Source: Candidatus Thalassarchaeum sp.
GTDB lineage: Archaea; Thermoplasmatota; Poseidoniia; Poseidoniales; Thalassarchaeaceae
Assembly: GCA_022449945.1 (NCBI GenBank)
Contig: JAKURM010000001.1
Location: 7,569-71,568 of the forward strand
DNA: 64,000 nt
Reading direction: 5' to 3'
In this document: positions 59,218 to 64,000 of the stretch, in pieces
Layout of the letters: every line of letters begins with the position of its first letter
Numbering within the stretch: position 1 is the stretch's first letter
Program-made: the position numbers and the translations under genes
Notes under the pieces: generated by a model
Told to the model about the DNA's origin: nothing
The model's database searches: none
The model's input: only the letters and a program-made list of their open reading frames with translations

Positions 59218-59715
59218 CTACTCCATCTTCTTCACCCTTAATGGGGCCCCACAGTCCTGGCATTCTCCCAGTTCCTCTTTTTTGAGGGTGACAAAATTGG
59301 GCTGTTCCGCTTTCGATTGGCAGCCGGAGCACCTCACTTCCCATTTCCAAACCGAGGAAATCCCACCAGTCTCGACTGGCAGCCATTCAACACCGGCATT
59401 CTTGCATAGATTCTGTAGCCTGTAATCATCCGTGTGCAACCTACCATTCTTCTCGATAGCCAATGCAAGGAGGCCGAGGTCAATAGAGGACAGACCTGAA
59501 ATATCACCTGTTTTTGATGCCAATTTTCTAGCAATCTCAACGGACTCATCAGTTGGAGTTTCCCAGTTTAGGTCCGACACCTCGAGAGAAATCATCCTTT
59601 CAGGAAATTTTCTTTCTACCTCTCCTTTCTGTCCCTCAAGAACGACAGCACCCGACATCCTCTCCACGGGCCATGAGATTAGGGCCGAGGTGTCCAGTAC
59701 ATCTACAGATTCCAT
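59218..59715 (-). CDS. NOB1 family PIN endonuclease with zinc ribbon
   Basis: VLDTSA, TGD...LS..D..LLALA, TDDY.LQN, W...CSGC...CQDCG. Confidence 0.9.
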   Translation of the reverse strand: MESVDVLDTSALISWPVERMSGAVVLEGQKGEVERKFPERMISLEVSDLNWETPTDESVEIARKLASKTGDISGLSSIDLGLLALAIEKNGRLHTDDYRLQNLCKNAGVEWLPVETGGISSVWKWEVRCSGCQSKAEQPNFVTLKKEELGECQDCGAPLRVKKME

Positions 59716-59806
59716 GGCCCCGGGTCGCCGTCAAGCAATTATAGGTCTTGTAAGCCACAATAATTACATTTGTCAAAGCAACGATTATGTCAATGGCATT
59801 GGACCA

Positions 59807-60418
59807 ATGACCGTGCTCGAGGAAATTGCTGACTCAGTTATTGAGTGGGCCGATGGCTTCGGCCTACTGGGCCTGGCAATTGTTTCGGCTTCAGAGGCAG
59901 CCCTCCAACCAGTCCCCCCTGACTTACTTATTCTCCCTATGGCAATGGGTGAAGACAGCCTCATGGCCCTATTTGCAATATTCTTTGTAGCTACTATTTC
60001 CAGTGTTATTGGCTCCCTTGGTGGTTATGCAATTGGACTTTATGTCGGCCGACCTGTAATTTCGAGGTTCGCAAAACCATCAACCTCGAGAAGGCTGGAT
60101 GAGCTGATTAGAAGATATGGCGATCTGGGGGTCTTCATTGCTGCAGTCTCTCCCATTCCATACAAGGTTCTGGCATGGACTGCTGGTGCCGGGAGGATGA
60201 GAATCAGAACCTTTGTCTTCGCAGGAATAATTGGCAGGGGGATTCGTTTTGGTATGGAGGTACTTCTTCTGGGAGTCTGGGGGGATCAGTTTCTGATTAC
60301 CTTGGAAAGACCCGTTTTCTGGGTAGTAATGGGGGTAATTTCTGTTGCTGCATTCATTCCTCTGAACTCTTGGTGGAGAGATCTGGACCCCAGTCTTGAA
60401 TCAGAACAGGGCTCCTGA
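59807..60418 (+). CDS. YqaA/DedA (VTT domain) membrane protein
   Basis: EA..QPVPPD, SVIGS..GY..G, SPIPYK, GR..RF. Start MTVLE. Confidence 0.9.
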   Translation: MTVLEEIADSVIEWADGFGLLGLAIVSASEAALQPVPPDLLILPMAMGEDSLMALFAIFFVATISSVIGSLGGYAIGLYVGRPVISRFAKPSTSRRLDELIRRYGDLGVFIAAVSPIPYKVLAWTAGAGRMRIRTFVFAGIIGRGIRFGMEVLLLGVWGDQFLITLERPVFWVVMGVISVAAFIPLNSWWRDLDPSLESEQGS

Positions 60419-60461
60419 TTTATCGAACCGATTATGAGACTCCCACCCTTCGTCACCCATA

Positions 60462-60539
60462 GCTCGTGTGGTGTAGTTCGGTCCATCATGCCGCCCTTTC
60501 GAGGCGGCGACCCGGGTTCAAATCCCGGCACGAGCACCA
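60462..60539 (+). tRNA. tRNA-Glu(TTC), encoded CCA
   Basis: GCTCGTG...CCGCC-CT-TTC-GA-GGCGG...CCGGGTTCAAATCCCGG-CACGAGC-A-CCA. Confidence 0.95.
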
Positions 60540-60552
60540 TTATTGGCAGTTA

Positions 60553-61011
60553 TCATACCTCATTGACCTCTACTGGTATGCCCCTTTTCCTCGCCTGTTC
60601 AATTACCACTAGAGTCCATTTGCTCGTGGATGAAGGCATGGCCAGGATATTCGTTGCAGACTCCAGAATTTTTTCCGTCAGGGAATTCGGGGCCTCTACC
60701 CTCCCATGGTCCTCCAGAGCCCGGAAGGGGTCATCCCACTCTTCTGTGAATACGGCAATAGGGATGATGTGTGCATCGGCCCATCTCTCTGCCATGTAAT
60801 CGACTCCGCTCGCCCCACCTACAATTATCAGGTCAGGGTAGCCATTGCTTCCCACCCATTCGTGCATAATTTTCTCGAAGACTTCAAAGTTGTAGAACCT
60901 GCTTGATCCTACTACTGCAAGGTTGATTATTGACCCATCTAGGTTCAGGTCTTTTCTTCCGAGCCTGTCGACCGTTTCTTGCCCAGAGTACTCGGTCATC
61001 GCACGCTCCAA
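60553..61011 (-). CDS. SLOG superfamily (YspA/DUF2493-like) protein
   Basis: AVVGSSRF, IIVGGASGVD..AERWA, S..T...I..ARKRGIPV. Confidence 0.75.
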   Translation of the reverse strand: MERAMTEYSGQETVDRLGRKDLNLDGSIINLAVVGSSRFYNFEVFEKIMHEWVGSNGYPDLIIVGGASGVDYMAERWADAHIIPIAVFTEEWDDPFRALEDHGRVEAPNSLTEKILESATNILAMPSSTSKWTLVVIEQARKRGIPVEVNEV

Positions 61012-61106
61012 AACGGTATTGTCGAATAGGCTTTGTCCAATAATCCCTCAATATTAGAATACACGAGTTGAAAAATCAGCCCCAACTGGGACCCTTAGGA
61101 GATCAC

Positions 61107-62342
61107 ATGCCCCTGGACGTAGAAGCAATCAGGTCCGACTTCCCAATTCTAGGGAGGATGCTCCCCAATGGGAAGAAACTAGTCTATTTTGACAACGCTG
61201 CTACTTCTCAGAAACCTAAGTGCGTCATCGACTCAATGTCCCGGTATTATGAGGAGTACAATTCCAATGCCCATAGGGCCAATCATACCCTAGCGGACGA
61301 AGCAACAAGTGCCCTAGAGAATGCTAGGTCGGTGATTTCAGAGTTTTTCGGTACATCACCTGATCAGATGATATACACTAGCGGGGCAACCGAGGCAATA
61401 AATCTGGTTTCCTATGGCTGGGCAAGAGAGAACCTCTCAGAGGGCGACGTCATCGTACTAACCGAGATGGAGCACCACGCCGACATTGTCCCATGGCAGC
61501 AACTCTCCAAGGAGAAGGGTGTCGAGGTTAGGTATGTCCCAATAGATACAGACTCATTCACATTGGACATGGATGCGTTTGAGATAGCCGCACAGGACGC
61601 TGCTCTGGTATGTGTTGTCCCCACAAGCAATGTACTCGGGGCACGACACGCAGTAGAGTAGATAGTCGAGATTTCACACAGGGCAGGAGCCAGGGTTCTA
61701 CTTGATTGCGCACAGGGGGCGCCTCACGAGATGATTGAGTTCGACACGTCAGGAGTAGATTTCGTTGCAATCTCCGCGCATAAGATGGGCGGGCCCACGG
61801 GAATAGGGTGCCTTCTAGTTCGGCGAGATGCAATGGAGCAGATGGGGCCATTCATGACCGGAGGCTCTATGATTAAGCGAGTCAGCACAGAAGGCTCGAC
61901 ATTTCATGAAGGGCACGCAATGTTCGAGACAGGGACTCCAAGGATAGCAGAAGCAATTGGCTGGGGAGCTGCTGTTGAATGGTTGGGGCAGTTCGACATG
62001 GGGGAGGTCCATTCGCACATTAACGAAATTGCATCATGGGTAGCCGAGATGATGCATGGAATTGACGGAATCAGGGTCTATGGGGATCCAAGTAGGGATG
62101 ATAGCAGTGGTGCTGTCTCTTTCCTCCACGAGTCAATTCAATCACAGGATTTAGCACTACTCCTCGATGAGGGGGGATTTGCAGTCAGAACGGGCCATCA
62201 TTGTGCCCAGCCTCTAATGGATGCCTTGGGCGTACCTTCGACCAATAGGGCTTCTTTCTGGATTTACAATACCATGGACGAGGCCGAAGCATTCGTAAGT
62301 CACCTTAGGTATGTGGTGGATAGATTCTCAGAAAAGTCATAA
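61107..62342 (+). pseudogene. sufS: Cysteine desulfurase SufS with a single in-frame TAG at 61659-61661 (lesion or sequencing error)
   Basis: YFDNAATSQKP, MEHHA, then in the same frame after the stop D.AQ, SAHKM (PLP Lys), FETGTP, RTGHHCAQP. Confidence 0.85.
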
Positions 62343-62376
62343 GCAGTTTCAAGAAATCCCTTACTGACGGGAAATC

Positions 62377-62811
62377 ATGGGACGCCAGGGCACGTGGCCA
62401 GAGCATCTGGATGATATCGTGGAGGAATTCCAGAGTTGCTTTGATTCCATGGAGAGGTACGAGCTCCTATTTCAGTTTGCAAAGAGGCACCCTTCTCCAC
62501 TTCCTCCAGAGGAATGGGAAGAGTCCAATCAGGTCCACGGGTGCCAGTCTAGGGCTCACGTAATTTGCTCACTAGACGAAGAGGGGGGTTTTATCCTAAG
62601 GGGAGGGGCAGATGCGCAGATAGTCCAGGGCCTAATGGCCGTAACCGCGATAGCCGTAAATGGCATGAATCCATCAGAAGTCGAAACTCTGCCCCCTGAC
62701 TTCGCTGATGCTATGGGAATCAGGTCTTCGTTGACCCCTAGTCGTGCAAACGGTTTCCTAAACATGTTCAATAGGGTCCGAGAAGAGGCAGGAAAACTTT
62801 CAGGGGTGTAA
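62377..62811 (+). CDS. sufE: Cysteine desulfuration protein SufE
   Basis: ERYE.L, VHGCQS, DAQIVQG, LTPSR.NG. Confidence 0.92.
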   Translation: MGRQGTWPEHLDDIVEEFQSCFDSMERYELLFQFAKRHPSPLPPEEWEESNQVHGCQSRAHVICSLDEEGGFILRGGADAQIVQGLMAVTAIAVNGMNPSEVETLPPDFADAMGIRSSLTPSRANGFLNMFNRVREEAGKLSGV

Positions 62812-62816
62812 ATCAG

Positions 62817-63122
62817 GTGGTCGATGAATCGGACGTTCTCTCTAAGCTATCGGAAGTTGAGGATCCAGAGATGAAAATGTCAGTGATTGACCTAGGATTG
62901 ATTTACTCCGTTTCGATTGATGACTCACACGCTGAAATTGACATGACACTCACAAGTCCCGGATGCCCAGTGGCACCAGAGATAATGGCTGCAGTCCACC
63001 GTTCGGCACTAAACACGGAGGGTATTGACTCGGTCCATGTTAATCTGACGTTCTCCCCCCCATGGGATCCAAAGTTGCATGCCTCGGAAGATGCCAAGTT
63101 CGAACTGGGAATATTCGACTAG
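62817..63122 (+). CDS. DUF59 / SufT (MIP18 family) Fe-S assembly factor
   Basis: V.DPE...SVIDLGLIY, MTLTSPGCP, PPW. Confidence 0.92.
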   Translation: MVDESDVLSKLSEVEDPEMKMSVIDLGLIYSVSIDDSHAEIDMTLTSPGCPVAPEIMAAVHRSALNTEGIDSVHVNLTFSPPWDPKLHASEDAKFELGIFD

Positions 63123-63976
63123 TTGTTCAGAGACTCCGCCGCCCTAATCGTATTTCTCATTAGCATTGCAATCGTCATTGGCCCCACTCCTCCTGGAACT
63201 GGGGTAATCCATCCAGCAATCTCTTCCACAGAGGGATGCACGTCTCCGGCAAGACTGCCATCATCCATTCTGGATATCCCCACATCCACGACGAATGAAC
63301 CTGGCTTAACTGAGTCCGGCCCGATGATATGGGGCCTTCCGATCGCAGAAATAATGATGTCCGCCTCCATGCAAATTTCCTCCATATCAGCCGTTTTAGA
63401 GTGTGCGATTGTTACAGTGGCATCAGCACCCTTCTGAGCCAGCATTAGTGCCATCGGCATGCCTACGATCCGTGATCTTCCTATGACTAGTGCCCTTTTT
63501 CCTTCCAATTCGAATTGGCTAGACTCGAGTATGTGCATAACACCAGTAGGCGTGCAGGGAAGCAAACCACTATTGTCCCCCTGTACCAATTTTCCGAGGT
63601 TTGCCGGGTGGAATCCGTCCACGTCTTTTGATGGCAGTATGGAGGAGGCAATGGCAAGCTCGTCCACTCCTGCCGGAGCCGGACTCTGGACCAAGATTCC
63701 ATGAATCTTCTTGTCCGCATTCAAGTCTTCGACGATGCCCAATATTTCTTCTTGGCTCGAGTCTCCTGGCATGCCTATCCTAGTGCTGAGAATTCCACAT
63801 TTCTCACATGCTCGCTCCTTGTTTCTTACGTATACATGGCTAGCCGGGTCTTCCCCTACAATTACAACAGCAAGATGCGCCTCGACCCCATTTTCAAGCA
63901 ATTTCCGAGCCCTCTTCTCCACATTGTCTAGGACATTCCGCCCAATCATCTTGCCATCTACGACAACTGCGCTCAC
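63119..63976 (-). CDS. folD: Bifunctional methylenetetrahydrofolate dehydrogenase/cyclohydrolase
   Basis: DGK, YVRNK, KDVDGFHP, PCTP, GRSRIVG, DVGI, TPVPGGVGPMT. GTG start assumed; the ORF is open to the window end. Confidence 0.95.
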   Translation of the reverse strand: MSAVVVDGKMIGRNVLDNVEKRARKLLENGVEAHLAVVIVGEDPASHVYVRNKERACEKCGILSTRIGMPGDSSQEEILGIVEDLNADKKIHGILVQSPAPAGVDELAIASSILPSKDVDGFHPANLGKLVQGDNSGLLPCTPTGVMHILESSQFELEGKRALVIGRSRIVGMPMALMLAQKGADATVTIAHSKTADMEEICMEADIIISAIGRPHIIGPDSVKPGSFVVDVGISRMDDGSLAGDVHPSVEEIAGWITPVPGGVGPMTIAMLMRNTIRAAESLNN

Positions 63977-64000
63977 GCTTGCTCGTGAGGACTTGCACAT

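Noticed and set aside
59432-59806. N-terminal extension of the YqaA/DedA ORF
   Set aside because: It overlaps NOB1 on the opposite strand; family similarity starts at MTVLE (59807).
55415-60539. Genomic island between tRNA-Val and tRNA-Glu
   Set aside because: The content is core genes (DP1, TatA, NOB1); no integrase or duplicated tRNA 3' end was seen.
61659-61661. Pyrrolysine or other programmed readthrough of the sufS TAG
   Set aside because: The position is non-catalytic, TAG is used as a normal stop by many genes here, no pyl genes are in the window, and neighbouring anomalies point to error.

Overview
Gene-dense housekeeping segment of an archaeal chromosome. The archaeal markers are L44e, S27e, L37e, aIF-2alpha, Nop10, Csl4, NMD3, NOB1, PolD-DP1 and archaeal-type TyrRS. 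Their combination with bacterial-type gyrase, SUF, ETF/acyl-CoA dehydrogenases and very large secreted PKD/CARDB proteins suggests Marine Group II Thermoplasmatota (Ca. Poseidoniales); this is an inference. I call about 58 CDS and 3 tRNAs (Ser-GCT, Val-TAC, Glu-TTC, all with encoded CCA). I found no rRNA, CRISPR array, integrase or transposase. Two genes are interrupted: PAC2 by a frameshift and sufS by an in-frame TAG; either may be an assembly artefact. The most notable observations are: a Csl4-zinc ribbon-RRM fusion; a ccmA-ccmB fusion followed by ccmC and an unlisted CcmD-like micro-ORF; a rhomboid next to a membrane-anchored S8 protease, both with C-terminal Zn-ribbon-like motifs; a GcvH-like protein lacking the lipoyl Lys; a bacterial class II CCA-type nucleotidyltransferase with an altered DxD; an unlisted 48-aa Cys-rich ORF after sufCBD; and perfect C-GTA-G hairpins just upstream of gyrB and the S8 gene. 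All calls come from motif recognition by eye; no searches were run.
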